A stretch of 45,013 bases of DNA from Oculatellaceae cyanobacterium bins.114 (lineage in GTDB: Bacteria > Cyanobacteriota > Cyanobacteriia > Elainellales > Elainellaceae). The translations under genes and the position numbers were made by a program. This document shows positions 9,723 through 19,983 of the stretch, piece after piece. Position 1 is the first letter of the stretch, and each line of letters opens with the position of its first letter. The stretch covers positions 1 through 45,013 of the forward strand of contig JANRJA010000122.1 in assembly GCA_033764315.1 (NCBI GenBank), read 5' to 3'. Under the pieces are notes generated by a model, which saw only the letters and a program-made list of their open reading frames with translations, searched no databases and had not been told where the DNA came from.

Positions 9723-10613
9723 GTGACCCAATCTTTGATTTTGGTGACGGGGCCAGCGCGATCGGGCAAGAGCGAATGGGCGGAGCAGTTGGCAACCCAA
9801 TCAGGTCGAGCTGTGATCTATGTGGCGACGGCTCAGACTGATCCCACCGATGCAGAGTGGCAGATGCGCATTGCCAAACATCAACAACGTCGCCCCAAAA
9901 GCTGGCAAACGCTGCATGTGCCGATCGCCCTAACTGAGGCACTCTATCAAGCCAAAGCTGAGGAGTGCTGGCTGATTGACTCCCTGGGCACCTGGCTCGC
10001 CAATCTGTTGGAACAGGATGAATCAACCTGGCAGGTCACGGTGCAGGCATTACTAGAGGCTTTGAGGCAAGTCCCTGGCACAACAGTTGTGGTTGCCGAA
10101 GAAACGGGCTGGGGAGTAGTGCCTGCCTATCCGATGGGACGCTTGTTTCGCGATCGCTTGGGTGATCTGACTCGACGCATTGGGGCGATCGCTGATAGTG
10201 TCTATCTCGTCACCGCCGGACATGCCCTCAACCTGAGCCAATTGGGTATTCCGTTAAAGGCAGAGTTAGGCGGCTTCACCATGAGCAAGAGTGACAAGGA
10301 AATCGCGCGTCGGACTGCGGCAGCTCTAGCTGCCATCAAGCAGTTGTTGAGCGAGGAAGATTCTGCCGTCTCTATGTTCGTGTCGCATCACGTCGAAGAA
10401 CTCGATGCGGCTTACTGGGAGAAACACGCCAGTACCGCGAAGCCGTCTCCGAAACAGGTCGTGGATCTTCTCGAACTGCGATCTTATTGGAGCGGCGATG
10501 GCGATGATGGCGACGTCTTCGACTTCACGCTTCCCGGTGACGTGACCGACTACGTGATGTCCGTGCGTTTTGACGAAGACGGCGAAGTTCAAGACGTGGA
10601 CATGGAAAGCTGA
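9723..10613 (+). CDS. cobU: Adenosylcobinamide kinase/guanylyltransferase with an in-frame foreign C-terminal DUF2004-like domain
   Basis: GPARSGKS P-loop, RIAKHQQRRP, EETGWGVVP, RLFRDRLG; CobU similarity ends near aa 180, then an acidic 110-aa domain follows. Confidence 0.9.
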   Translation: MTQSLILVTGPARSGKSEWAEQLATQSGRAVIYVATAQTDPTDAEWQMRIAKHQQRRPKSWQTLHVPIALTEALYQAKAEECWLIDSLGTWLANLLEQDESTWQVTVQALLEALRQVPGTTVVVAEETGWGVVPAYPMGRLFRDRLGDLTRRIGAIADSVYLVTAGHALNLSQLGIPLKAELGGFTMSKSDKEIARRTAAALAAIKQLLSEEDSAVSMFVSHHVEELDAAYWEKHASTAKPSPKQVVDLLELRSYWSGDGDDGDVFDFTLPGDVTDYVMSVRFDEDGEVQDVDMES

Positions 10614-10641
10614 CTACCAGACGCCTAACCTACCGTTAGAT
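10265..10641 (+). mobile_element. Integron gene-cassette-like insert: own ATG 10281 to TGA 10613, DUF2004-like protein
   Basis: Core site GTTAGGC at 10265-10271 just before the ATG and the exactly complementary inverse core site GCCTAAC at 10623-10629 just after the stop; attC truncated. Confidence 0.65.
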
Positions 10642-10963
10642 CCTTAACCTTTGTTCCAGATTTGGCCGCTCTATCAGCGAGCGAAAGTCGCTAGCATTGA
10701 GACATAAACTAAATTAATTCATAGGCTAGTTAAAAACTCACTTAAACTTGAGTTTGATCAATGGCTCATCAGTTCGATAGCCCCGTTTCGCCTTAAATCC
10801 TCTCCTCCGAACGAGCCATTGTCTGTCTAGCGATGCATGCTCTGTTGAAACAGGTGTAACACAATCTTAAAAAATCTATAGATTCTGCAAACTTTAGCTT
10901 TTATTTAGCTTAAAGTATCTCACCAGCTGAGTTGCAGACCAAGTCATAAACTGAGTTGACGCT

Positions 10964-11410
10964 ATGGCATCCCCAGACGAAGTAAGACGTTATCTGGCCT
11001 ACTGGTTTCAGTTAGGCAAGAAGTTAATTGTTGAAAATCAAGAAGAACTGTTGCCCCGCCCAGTGCTGTGGGGCGATCGCTATAGCCCTGAGTTTGAGAA
11101 GTGCTGGCAACGGGTCATTGCTCAAGGTGGGCAAAACGTCCATTTAGAGGGCACCAACCAAACCCTGGCTGAGTTGCTTAGCTCTGCCTGGGAAATTAGC
11201 CCTTGTGCTCGTTGTGAGATGCCTGTGCCCACACTAGACCTTGGTGTTAGAGACCCCCTCTGTCCTTGTTCTGATCTACCTTTTTGGCCTGATACAGAGA
11301 GTCCTCAACCGCGTGAACCGATTAGCAATCAAGATCATCTGACTCAAATTCGCGATCGCCTGTTGCGGGTGCAGAAATCTAATCCTTCAGGGCAGTCTAG
11401 AGCCAGCTAA
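10964..11410 (+). CDS. Conserved cyanobacterial hypothetical protein with Cys motifs
   Basis: YLAYWFQLGK, CARC, CPCSDL motifs. Confidence 0.75.
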   Translation: MASPDEVRRYLAYWFQLGKKLIVENQEELLPRPVLWGDRYSPEFEKCWQRVIAQGGQNVHLEGTNQTLAELLSSAWEISPCARCEMPVPTLDLGVRDPLCPCSDLPFWPDTESPQPREPISNQDHLTQIRDRLLRVQKSNPSGQSRAS

Positions 11411-11444
11411 ACAGGGACGCGATTAATCGCGTCCCTGTTTAGCT
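11405..11444. terminator. Perfect 40-bp palindrome between convergent genes (REP-like core; likely bidirectional terminator)
   Basis: AGCTAAACAGGGACGCGATT|AATCGCGTCCCTGTTTAGCT. Confidence 0.75.
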
Positions 11445-11455
11445 TTGATTTCTAC

Positions 11456-12226
11456 TTACTTCCACTGATGGTACAAGCGACCATTACGAATCTGAATCAC
11501 CGGATGATTTGACAGGCGAATCAACTGCTCATCGTGGGTTGTCACCACAACCGTAATCCCGATTGAGTTGAGCTTTTTGAGAATCTTGATCACTTGCCAG
11601 GAATTTTCAGAATCTAGATTGCCTGTGGGTTCGTCAGCTAACAGGATAGGTGGAGTGCCAACGATCGCCCGTGCAATGCTGACTCGTTGCTGTTCACCAC
11701 CCGACAACTCATCGGGGAAGCAGTTGGCTTTGTCTTGCAAGCCCACCATCTTGAGAGTTGGCAACAACCGCCGATGAATCTCCTTACGGGTAAAGCCCTG
11801 TGCCCATAAGACAAACGCCACGTTCTCAGAGACGGTGCGACGGGGGATGAGCTTGTAATCCTGAAACACAACTCCAATGCGGCGACGCAGCATAGACAGG
11901 TCGTTGCCTCGCAAGCGTGCCAGATTTTTGTCATGGACAAAGACTTCGCCTTTGGTGGGGCGTTCTTCTCCATACAACAGCTTTAACAGAGTTGACTTGC
12001 CTGACCCAGAGGGCCCCGTGACAAACAAGAAATCCCCTTTTCTGATTTGTAGATTGACATCCAACAACGCTCGACTGTTGTTGGGATAAATCTTGGTAAT
12101 TTGCTGGAGCTTGACAATGACTTGAGACGCTGGAGACGCAACAGGATTTTGCCCCGGTGTTGCAGCCGTCTGAGCCGTTGCGTAAGGGGAGGTAGCGATC
12201 GGAGGTCGTTCTAGAACCGGAGTCAT
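11456..12226 (-). CDS. ftsE: Cell division ATP-binding protein FtsE
   Basis: GPSGSGKS, RRRIGVVFQDYKL, LSGGEQQRVSIARA, LADEPTGNLD. Confidence 0.88.
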   Translation of the reverse strand: MTPVLERPPIATSPYATAQTAATPGQNPVASPASQVIVKLQQITKIYPNNSRALLDVNLQIRKGDFLFVTGPSGSGKSTLLKLLYGEERPTKGEVFVHDKNLARLRGNDLSMLRRRIGVVFQDYKLIPRRTVSENVAFVLWAQGFTRKEIHRRLLPTLKMVGLQDKANCFPDELSGGEQQRVSIARAIVGTPPILLADEPTGNLDSENSWQVIKILKKLNSIGITVVVTTHDEQLIRLSNHPVIQIRNGRLYHQWK

Positions 12227-12587
12227 GGAATTACTTCATCGAAGGGAAATTGAAAGCTTGAGTCAACACAATGCCCTGACGGAAATAAAACAAATATTAG
12301 AGCTCTTTCAAATTAGAGGGTTTGAATTGAGATGAATCGGGGCAAAGCACCCACTCACCTCACCTTGAAAGAAGACTATCGGAACGGTTTTATGTGGGCA
12401 TATTGTAATAGGTGTTGCTCCTTGAGTCACTACTTTTTGCGACTTTAAAGAAAAAATTTCTGCTTTGTCTCTTCAGTAGCCCACATTACACGAACAATCC
12501 GATCGATGATACAGGATCAACGTAACTTGTAACCTCTCTAACACAATTCCTTAATTAGTCTTAGTTTAAACCTCTCCAAAAAATAAA

Positions 12588-12826
12588 GGATGAAGGATAA
12601 AGGATAAAGGCTGAGGGATGAGGGATAAAGGCTGAGGGATGAGGGATAAAGGCTGAGGGATGAGGGATGAAGGATAAAGGCTGAGGGATAAAGGATAAAG
12701 GCTGAGGGATGAAGGATAAAGGCTGAGGGATAAAGGATAAAGGCTGAGGGATGAAGGATAAAAGTAAGAAAAACCCTCTATCCTTCTCATCCATCAGCCT
12801 TCAGCCTTCAGCCTTTTACCTTCAGC
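12588..12826. repeat. Heptamer tandem-repeat tract with a shorter inverted arm
   Basis: About 25 units of GGATAAA/GGCTGAG/GGATGAG/GGATGAA (12588-12762), then complementary TCAGCCT units near the sir stop. Confidence 0.9.
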
Positions 12827-12827
12827 T

Positions 12828-14735
12828 TTACTCTGCCGTCTCTAAGTAAGCTTCAAGGGCTTTTTCCACCAGTTCTGTCATGGGAACCCCCTTTGTGGTT
12901 GCCGTGGCTTTGAGGCGTTGATACAGGGCATCGTCTACTCCCAATCGATAGCGCGATCGATTTTTGTTGACGATTGGCTTGTAAGTCGCAGCATACTCTC
13001 GTAAGCCATCAAAGCCAACCCGATGGCAGAAGTCGCCAAAACTCTCGCCTGGGGTGCGGTGATTTTTGAAATAGAAGAACAGCGGTTCCAACGCGGCTTC
13101 TAATTCGCTGCCTTTAAGGTTATTGACATAGGGTTGAGCCAGACGAGTCTGATGAGGGTCAGCCCCTAGCCAGACCTGATAAGCATCGGGAGATTGACCG
13201 ACCAAACCCAACTCTGCCAAATAAGGACGGGCACATCCATTGGGGCAACCCGTCATGCGAATCACAAAGTGTTCGTCCTTTAAGCCCAGCTTGGTGAGCA
13301 ACGTACGGATGCGATCGAGAATGCCAGGTAATGCCCGCTCTGACTCTGTAATGGCTAAGCCACAGGTCGGCAGTGCTGGACACGCCATTGAATAGCGCAC
13401 CAGAGGATCAATCTCGTTCTCAAATTGAATACCACATCGCTTGAGAATGGCTTGAATCTCTGCCTGGTTAGCAGGGTCAATTTCATACAGAATAATGTTC
13501 TGATGAGGGGTGACTCGCATGGGCAGAGCAAACTGTTGCTCAATCTCGCGTAGAGCCGTTTTGAGTAACAGGGAACCGTTGTCATGAATCCGTCCGTTTT
13601 GCACTGAGAGGCCGACAAATAGCTTGCCATCTCCCTGTTCATGCCATCCTAAAAAGTCGTTGTATTTGAACTCTGGCAGAGGCTTCATTGGCTCAAACGA
13701 CTTACCAAAATAGTCTTCGACGGTGTGACGAAATCGCTCAACTCCCCAGTCGTTTAACAAATATTTCATGCGGGCATGACGTCGATCGGCGCGATCGCCA
13801 TAGTCTCGTTGAGTGGCTACGATCGCCTTAACCGCATTAAACACATCCGCTTTATCGACATAGCCAATCGGATCTGCCAATCGAACAAAGGTTTCTTCTT
13901 TGTTGTGAGTTCGTCCTAACCCACCCCCTGCAAAGATGTTGAAGCCTTGCAACAGACCATTGTCGTCAGTTATCACAACCAATGTGACATCCTGTGAAAA
14001 CAGATCAACCGAGTTGTCTCCCGGCACAGCGATCGCACACTTGAATTTGCGAGGCATATACTGAGTGCCATAGATAGGTTCCTCAGAATCATGCACGATT
14101 GTCCCATTCCCATTGCTGGCGAGAGCCGCCGCTACATCCGGGTGGGGTTCTGCGGTAATCGCTTTTTCCCCGTCTAGCCAAATTTCGTAGTATGCCCCGG
14201 TGTGAGGAGTCAGCAATTCTGCCAGGTGATGAGCATACTCCCGGGCATAAACATACTCTGGACGGTCTTTAAAGGGAGCAGGCGGAGCCATGACATTGCG
14301 ATTTAAATCGCCGCATGCCCCCAACGTGGAACCCATGTTGCGAATAATCGATCCTAAAACCAGCTTCAGATTCTTCTTGAGAATGCCGTGAATCTGGAAG
14401 CCCTGACGGGTAGTAGCACGCAGCGTATGATTGCCATACTCTTCAGAGAGTTGATCGAGCACAAGATAGAGTTGTGCGGGAATGTAACCTCCAGGGTTAC
14501 GAGTCCGCAGCATGAACTGATAATCTTTTTCTTGCCCTTTGATTCGGTTATCTCGGTTGTCCTGCTGATAGGATCCGTGAAACTTGAGGATTTGAATGCC
14601 ATCCTCACTAAAGTGCGTTGTATCTTGCAGAATCTCTGTGGCGATCGGCTCACGCAGAGCATTACTACGCTCTTTGATGCCTTCGACTTTGGAAGCTTTT
14701 TTATCTAGGGAAAGAGTTGCAGGAGTCTTGACCAT
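12828..14735 (-). CDS. sir: Ferredoxin-dependent sulfite reductase
   Basis: [26 protein letters not shown]...MTGCPNGC siroheme/4Fe-4S ligands. Confidence 0.95.
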   Translation of the reverse strand: MVKTPATLSLDKKASKVEGIKERSNALREPIATEILQDTTHFSEDGIQILKFHGSYQQDNRDNRIKGQEKDYQFMLRTRNPGGYIPAQLYLVLDQLSEEYGNHTLRATTRQGFQIHGILKKNLKLVLGSIIRNMGSTLGACGDLNRNVMAPPAPFKDRPEYVYAREYAHHLAELLTPHTGAYYEIWLDGEKAITAEPHPDVAAALASNGNGTIVHDSEEPIYGTQYMPRKFKCAIAVPGDNSVDLFSQDVTLVVITDDNGLLQGFNIFAGGGLGRTHNKEETFVRLADPIGYVDKADVFNAVKAIVATQRDYGDRADRRHARMKYLLNDWGVERFRHTVEDYFGKSFEPMKPLPEFKYNDFLGWHEQGDGKLFVGLSVQNGRIHDNGSLLLKTALREIEQQFALPMRVTPHQNIILYEIDPANQAEIQAILKRCGIQFENEIDPLVRYSMACPALPTCGLAITESERALPGILDRIRTLLTKLGLKDEHFVIRMTGCPNGCARPYLAELGLVGQSPDAYQVWLGADPHQTRLAQPYVNNLKGSELEAALEPLFFYFKNHRTPGESFGDFCHRVGFDGLREYAATYKPIVNKNRSRYRLGVDDALYQRLKATATTKGVPMTELVEKALEAYLETAE

Positions 14736-14885
14736 TGGAACGATGAGCGGCTGAAAAGGGCAGATAAATAATTTACGATAATCCGGTAGGAATTAGGGAA
14801 ATACCATCATCCAATCCTATCATCCCATTCCAATAGCCATGTCAGGCGAGAAATCAGGAAAGATTTCGGATTGTGGAAGGGAGGG

Positions 14886-14942
14886 AGGCAGGTGGCGGGT
14901 GGCAGGTGGCAGGTGGCAGACAGAGACGCGATTAATCGCGTC
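14886..14942. repeat. GGCAGGT heptamer tract plus a GACGCGATTAATCGCGTC palindrome
   Basis: About 4-5 GGCAGGT units; palindrome at 14925-14942. Confidence 0.75.
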
Positions 14943-15097
14943 TATACTGAACCTATACTGAAGGGGGAAAAGAGGCAGGTGACAGAGGGCGGGTGGCAGT
15001 AAATCCCCCTATCGCGCTATCCTTACTCCCTACTCCTATTCCACGCTAATCTATAGCTAATTCACAGTCGAGATGCTATCGCGGCGATCATCCCTCC

Positions 15098-17695
15098 ATG
15101 TTGCAGTCCTATTTTGATTCCGACAACAACGGTCACAAATCATTTGAGTTACCTGGGGCAAAACCTCACTACAACCCCGATCGCCCTGGTCAGGTTGAAC
15201 ACATTGCTTTGGATTTAGTGCTAGATATTCCGCAACAGCGATATGACGGAACGTGCTCGATTCGCCTGAATCCAGTTCGTAGCGGCATCGATCGCCTGAT
15301 ATTGGATGCCGTTCAGCTAACGATTCACTCGGTAAAGGTCGTTGGGGTTGAGCAACGGTTTGAGTACGATGGTGAGCAGTTGCACATCTATCTCAAGGAA
15401 CCCAGCCAACAGCGAGAAAAACTTGAGTTGGCGATCGCTTATGCCGCCGATCGACCTCAACGCGGGCTTTACTTTATCACGCCCGATCAGCACTATCCCA
15501 ACAAGCCGATTCAAGTTTGGACACAGGGTGAAGATGAAGATTCTCGCTTTTGGTTTCCCTGTTTTGACTATCCGGGGCAACTGGCGACCTCTGAGATTCG
15601 AGTCAGGGTGCCCAAGCAATTTGTTGCCATCTCCAATGGAGAACTGGTGAGTGCTCAGGAAGAAGGCGACGACAAGATTTATCACTGGTCACAACAAGAA
15701 GTGCATCCCACTTATCTGATGACTTTGGCGGTTGGTGACTTTGCTGAATTGCGCGACGAATGGCAAGGCAAACCCGTTACGTATTATGTGGATAAAGGAC
15801 GAGAAGCCGATGCCCGCCGCAGCATGGGCAAAACGCCTCAAATGATTGAGTTTTTCAGCAAGGTCTATGGCTATCCCTATCCCTATCCCAAGTACGCCCA
15901 GGTGTGTGTCGATGACTTTATCTTTGGCGGCATGGAAAACACTTCCACAACCCTGCTAACCGATCGCTGCCTGCTAGATGAACGGGCCGCTTTAGATAAT
16001 CGGGGCACTGAAAGCTTGGTGGCACACGAACTGGCACACCAGTGGTTTGGTGATCTGGTGGTGATCAAGCACTGGTCTCATGCGTGGCTCAAAGAGGGCA
16101 TGGCTTCTTACTCTGAGGTGATGTGGACAGAGCACGAATATGGTGCCGATGAAGCCGCTTATTACCGTTTGGGTGAAGCGTCAAACTACATCTCAGAAGA
16201 CAGCTCCCGCTATCGTCGCCCGATCGTCACGCACATCTATCGAGAGGCGATCGAACTCTATGATCGGCACCTATATGAAAAAGGAGCCTGTGTCTATCAC
16301 ATGATTCGGGCGGAGTTAGGAGATGAATTGTTTGAGCGAGCGATTCATACCTTTGTCCAAGACAATGCCCACAAAACCGTTGAAACGGTTGATCTGTTAA
16401 GGGCGATCGACAAAGCCACAGGTCGCAACCTGCAATTTCTCTTTGATCAGTATGTGTTTCGAGGGGGACACCCTGATTACAAAGTGGCTTACTCTTGGGA
16501 TGGCGATAGCAACTTAGCCAAGCTCACGATTACCCAAACTCAGGTCAAAGATGGAGACACCAGCTTTAAAAGCGGATTGTTTGATCTCAAGATTCCTTTG
16601 GGGTTTGGCTATATTGGCGAATCAAGCCCTGCGACTGTGAAAACATTCACCGTTCGAGTGCATGAACGGGAGCAAACTTTCTACTTTCCATTAGCCGAGA
16701 AACCCCAATTCGTTAGTTTTGACGTCGGTAATCACATCCTCAAAACTGTGACATTGGAGTATCCCGTTGCTGAGCTAAAGGCGCAGTTACAGTCGGATCC
16801 CGATCCGTTATCGCGCATTTTGGCGGCAGAGGCACTCGCCAAAAAAGGCAATTTAGAAGCGGTGAAAGCTCTGACGATGGCTTTAAAGCACGATCAGTTC
16901 TGGGCAGTGCGGGCAGAGGTGGCTGACCAATTGGCATCGATCAAGCTTGATCAAGCATTCGCAGGATTAGTGGAAGGTTTAAGCGATCCAGAACCGAGAG
17001 TGCGTCGAGCCGTAGTAGACGCTCTGATGCAAATCAAAACAGAGCAGAGCTATGACGTGTTAAAGGCGATCGCCCAAAAGGGTGATCCGAGCTATTACGT
17101 TGAAGCGGCTGCGATTCGGGGAGTTGCAACCGTTTCGGCTACTTTGTTAAACGGAGATTCCAAAGAGGAAGCCGTGATTCAACTGCTCCAATCCGTTCTC
17201 CAAGAACGGGCAGGTTGGAATGAAACGGTGAGAAATGGGGCGATCGCTGGATTAAGTCGGCTCAAAACCTCTGAAGCAGCACTCAACTTGCTTTTGGAAT
17301 ACACCGCCATTGGTACTCCTCAACCGCTGCGCTTAGGTGCCATTCGAGCCTTAGGTGCGATCTCTACCGGGCAGACTCCGATCAACGTCGATCGCATCCT
17401 TACCCGCCTAACGGAATTGGCGGACGAGTCTTTCTTCTTAACACAAGTCTCAGTGGTAGTCGCTTTGGGACAAATGGAAACCACCAAAGCAATGGGTATT
17501 TTGCAGTCTCTCAGCGATCGCACCCCTGATGGTCGAGTTCGACGGATGGCAGAAGAAGCCATCCAAAAAGTGCTAAAAAATGCTGGACAGCCTGAAGCTG
17601 TCAAAAAACTGCAACAAGAACTCGACCAACTCAAGCGGGATAACCAGGACTTGAAGAGTCGTTTGGAAACATTAGAGGCAAAAGCCAAAGGCTAA
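15098..17695 (+). CDS. pepN: M1-family aminopeptidase with C-terminal HEAT repeats and coiled coil
   Basis: GGMEN, HELAHQW...LKEG zinc motif, YEKGA; HEAT-like repeats. Confidence 0.9.
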   Translation: MLQSYFDSDNNGHKSFELPGAKPHYNPDRPGQVEHIALDLVLDIPQQRYDGTCSIRLNPVRSGIDRLILDAVQLTIHSVKVVGVEQRFEYDGEQLHIYLKEPSQQREKLELAIAYAADRPQRGLYFITPDQHYPNKPIQVWTQGEDEDSRFWFPCFDYPGQLATSEIRVRVPKQFVAISNGELVSAQEEGDDKIYHWSQQEVHPTYLMTLAVGDFAELRDEWQGKPVTYYVDKGREADARRSMGKTPQMIEFFSKVYGYPYPYPKYAQVCVDDFIFGGMENTSTTLLTDRCLLDERAALDNRGTESLVAHELAHQWFGDLVVIKHWSHAWLKEGMASYSEVMWTEHEYGADEAAYYRLGEASNYISEDSSRYRRPIVTHIYREAIELYDRHLYEKGACVYHMIRAELGDELFERAIHTFVQDNAHKTVETVDLLRAIDKATGRNLQFLFDQYVFRGGHPDYKVAYSWDGDSNLAKLTITQTQVKDGDTSFKSGLFDLKIPLGFGYIGESSPATVKTFTVRVHEREQTFYFPLAEKPQFVSFDVGNHILKTVTLEYPVAELKAQLQSDPDPLSRILAAEALAKKGNLEAVKALTMALKHDQFWAVRAEVADQLASIKLDQAFAGLVEGLSDPEPRVRRAVVDALMQIKTEQSYDVLKAIAQKGDPSYYVEAAAIRGVATVSATLLNGDSKEEAVIQLLQSVLQERAGWNETVRNGAIAGLSRLKTSEAALNLLLEYTAIGTPQPLRLGAIRALGAISTGQTPINVDRILTRLTELADESFFLTQVSVVVALGQMETTKAMGILQSLSDRTPDGRVRRMAEEAIQKVLKNAGQPEAVKKLQQELDQLKRDNQDLKSRLETLEAKAKG

Positions 17696-17886
17696 AGGAT
17701 CTTAAAGGCTAAAGGATAAACGATAAAGAATGAAAATACGTTTATTTTCTACTTTTATCGTTTGTCTTTTAGCCTTATTGTTCTAGTACTGGTGTTCAAG
17801 CGATCCAGAAGTGGTTAAAATAACCTCTATGTCAATCATTGACGATAGAATTTTTTTAACATCTCTGACAGAGGAGCAACCGCACT

Positions 17887-18696
17887 ATGAAATCGGGCTT
17901 GCAACGGATTGAAGCGACACTCAATCAGCTTCATGCCCAGAGTGTTGATCCACGATCACAGCCTCCTAGTCGAGATGCGATAGGACAGCTTGTTTTGACG
18001 AGCCAAACTCCTGCCAGTGAAACCTTGCCCAGCCTCAAAACCTACTCGTTTGATGTGCGATCGCTCACTCGATCAACGTCAACAGTCAACGAGACCCTTG
18101 CTTCTGAGATTTCTAATCCTCCTTTAAAGGTGCAACCGTTCCCGGTTAAAGACCATTGCCCCCAAGCCCCTAACCTGCCTAAACTCAAGCGACCTAGTTT
18201 TAGTAGCCACCGTCATGCGGCCAATCCAGGGTTTGCGATGGGTCTCCTCAAAGATATGCAAACTATCGTTGGGGGTTGGCAAGCTGAACTGCAACAGATT
18301 TTGATGGAGATTCAGGAGCTTTATCTAGAAGGCCCTATTGTGGATGGTTGGCTCGAATCAGAAAACAGTGAAGAGCGATCGCCTGCCACGGCTCCTTTGC
18401 GCCATGCTGATCCCGATCGACTGATGGGCTATGTCCAAGCGATTGGCTCTCATACTTCTCATACTGCCTTGACTGCAACCCATGATTCTCCTCGCAAAGG
18501 CTATCGTCTCTGTGGATTAGACGCCGATGGGCAACTGTGGTCGCGTCCTTGCCCTCCCGATCAGTTAGCTCATGTTAGCTTGGCGATCGCTCGATATCAA
18601 AAGCTACGGCAACTATTAGCCCGAAAACAAGAATTAGAATCTCGTCTTAGCCAACTGGCCCAAGACCTGATTGAGGTGCATAGCAAGTTGCAGTAA
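17887..18696 (+). CDS. Conserved cyanobacterial hypothetical protein
   Basis: GAGGAG upstream; YLEGPIVDGWLES and GYRLCGLDADG motifs; C-terminal coiled coil. Confidence 0.75.
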   Translation: MKSGLQRIEATLNQLHAQSVDPRSQPPSRDAIGQLVLTSQTPASETLPSLKTYSFDVRSLTRSTSTVNETLASEISNPPLKVQPFPVKDHCPQAPNLPKLKRPSFSSHRHAANPGFAMGLLKDMQTIVGGWQAELQQILMEIQELYLEGPIVDGWLESENSEERSPATAPLRHADPDRLMGYVQAIGSHTSHTALTATHDSPRKGYRLCGLDADGQLWSRPCPPDQLAHVSLAIARYQKLRQLLARKQELESRLSQLAQDLIEVHSKLQ

Positions 18697-19002
18697 TAGG
18701 CTGAATGCTTGAAATCAATACTGTTAGAGATCACGAGGACTGAGTGAGAGCTACGCCACAGACTTGTTTTTGTCGCATTCTCTCTGCACGATTACATGTT
18801 CTGAATAGACTACTTAAATGAGCAAAATTCAGTAGAAATACTGAGCTTTTTTGGTTTTTTTTAGTGAATTACCGTATTCCTAAAATGAGCATTTCAGTAA
18901 ATTCATCTTGCTGTTAAGTGTTCTTTACCAAAAATTGATGACCTGGTGTGGGGTTTATGGGCTAAATAGAGAGTAGCAAATTGGAATTCCTGCTCACCCC
19001 CT

Positions 19003-19944
19003 ATGCCTGACCCGCAAATTTCCGCAATTATTTGCACGCACAACCGGGATGGCTATCTTGGTGCTGCGATCGACAGCCTGCTAGAGCAGGATTTTCCGGG
19101 CGAATATGAAGTCATTGTGATTGACAATGCTTCCAGCGATCGCACCCGTGAAGTGGTAGAAGCTCGTCTACCCCATCCCCGTTTACAGTACGTCTACGAG
19201 CCAGTGACAGGGCTGTCAGTTGCCCGCAATACGGGCGCACAGGCTGCCCAGAGTCCTATCCTGGCTTACCTCGATGATGATGCTGTGGCTAGCCCTCAAT
19301 GGTTACGGGTGCTCCATGCGGCTTATCAGACTCACGACACGCTGGCGATCGCTGGCGGCAAAGTCACGTTGCTATGGGCAGAAGGCACTAGTCAACCTCC
19401 CTGGCTGTCTGAAAACTTAGCGGCAAATCTAGGAGCCTATGACTTAGGCGAACAGATTGTCTACATTGATTCTCCCAATCTCACCCCCAGAGGGTTGAAC
19501 TACTCCATCGACCGGGAGTTTCTTGAAAAAATAGGTGGGTTTGACGTCAACCTCGGACGGGTCGGCAAAAACCTGTTGTCTAATGAAGAATTACACATGA
19601 CTGAACTGGCACTAGGAATGGGGTGGCAAGTCGCCTACCTGCCGGATGCCCTGGCCGCTCACAACGTTGCTCCAGAAAGACTCGAACGCTCCTGGTTCCT
19701 GAAACGAGGTTGGTGGCAGGGTATTAGTGAGTGTTATCGGGAACAAGTAACAGGGCGGGCAGGACTCAAACAACTAGGGAGAGGCTCTGAGCGATTCTTA
19801 CGAGGAATCTACCGTTCTCTCAAATATTTCAACGATCCTGCCCAATCGTTTGATAACTTCGTCTATGCTTATGGGCAAATCGGCTACTTAAAAACAGCTG
19901 TTGAAGGGATGCTCTTTGCCTCAAAACGCCTCAATCGGTCTTAA
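19003..19944 (+). CDS. Glycosyltransferase family 2
   Basis: IICTHNR, VIDNASSD, GLSVARN, YLDDD (DxD). Confidence 0.9.
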   Translation: MPDPQISAIICTHNRDGYLGAAIDSLLEQDFPGEYEVIVIDNASSDRTREVVEARLPHPRLQYVYEPVTGLSVARNTGAQAAQSPILAYLDDDAVASPQWLRVLHAAYQTHDTLAIAGGKVTLLWAEGTSQPPWLSENLAANLGAYDLGEQIVYIDSPNLTPRGLNYSIDREFLEKIGGFDVNLGRVGKNLLSNEELHMTELALGMGWQVAYLPDALAAHNVAPERLERSWFLKRGWWQGISECYREQVTGRAGLKQLGRGSERFLRGIYRSLKYFNDPAQSFDNFVYAYGQIGYLKTAVEGMLFASKRLNRS

Positions 19945-19983
19945 TTTTTTGAACTCATTCTTATACTACATAGACCCCAACTT

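Noticed and set aside
11456..12226. ftsE without adjacent ftsX as a novelty
   Set aside because: ftsX may simply lie elsewhere in the genome; this cannot be judged from the window
12588..12762. CRISPR array
   Set aside because: No unique spacers; repeats are contiguous 7-mers
12561..12794. ORFs of 77 and 74 aa with PQPLSFI-type repeats
   Set aside because: Translations of the heptamer tract
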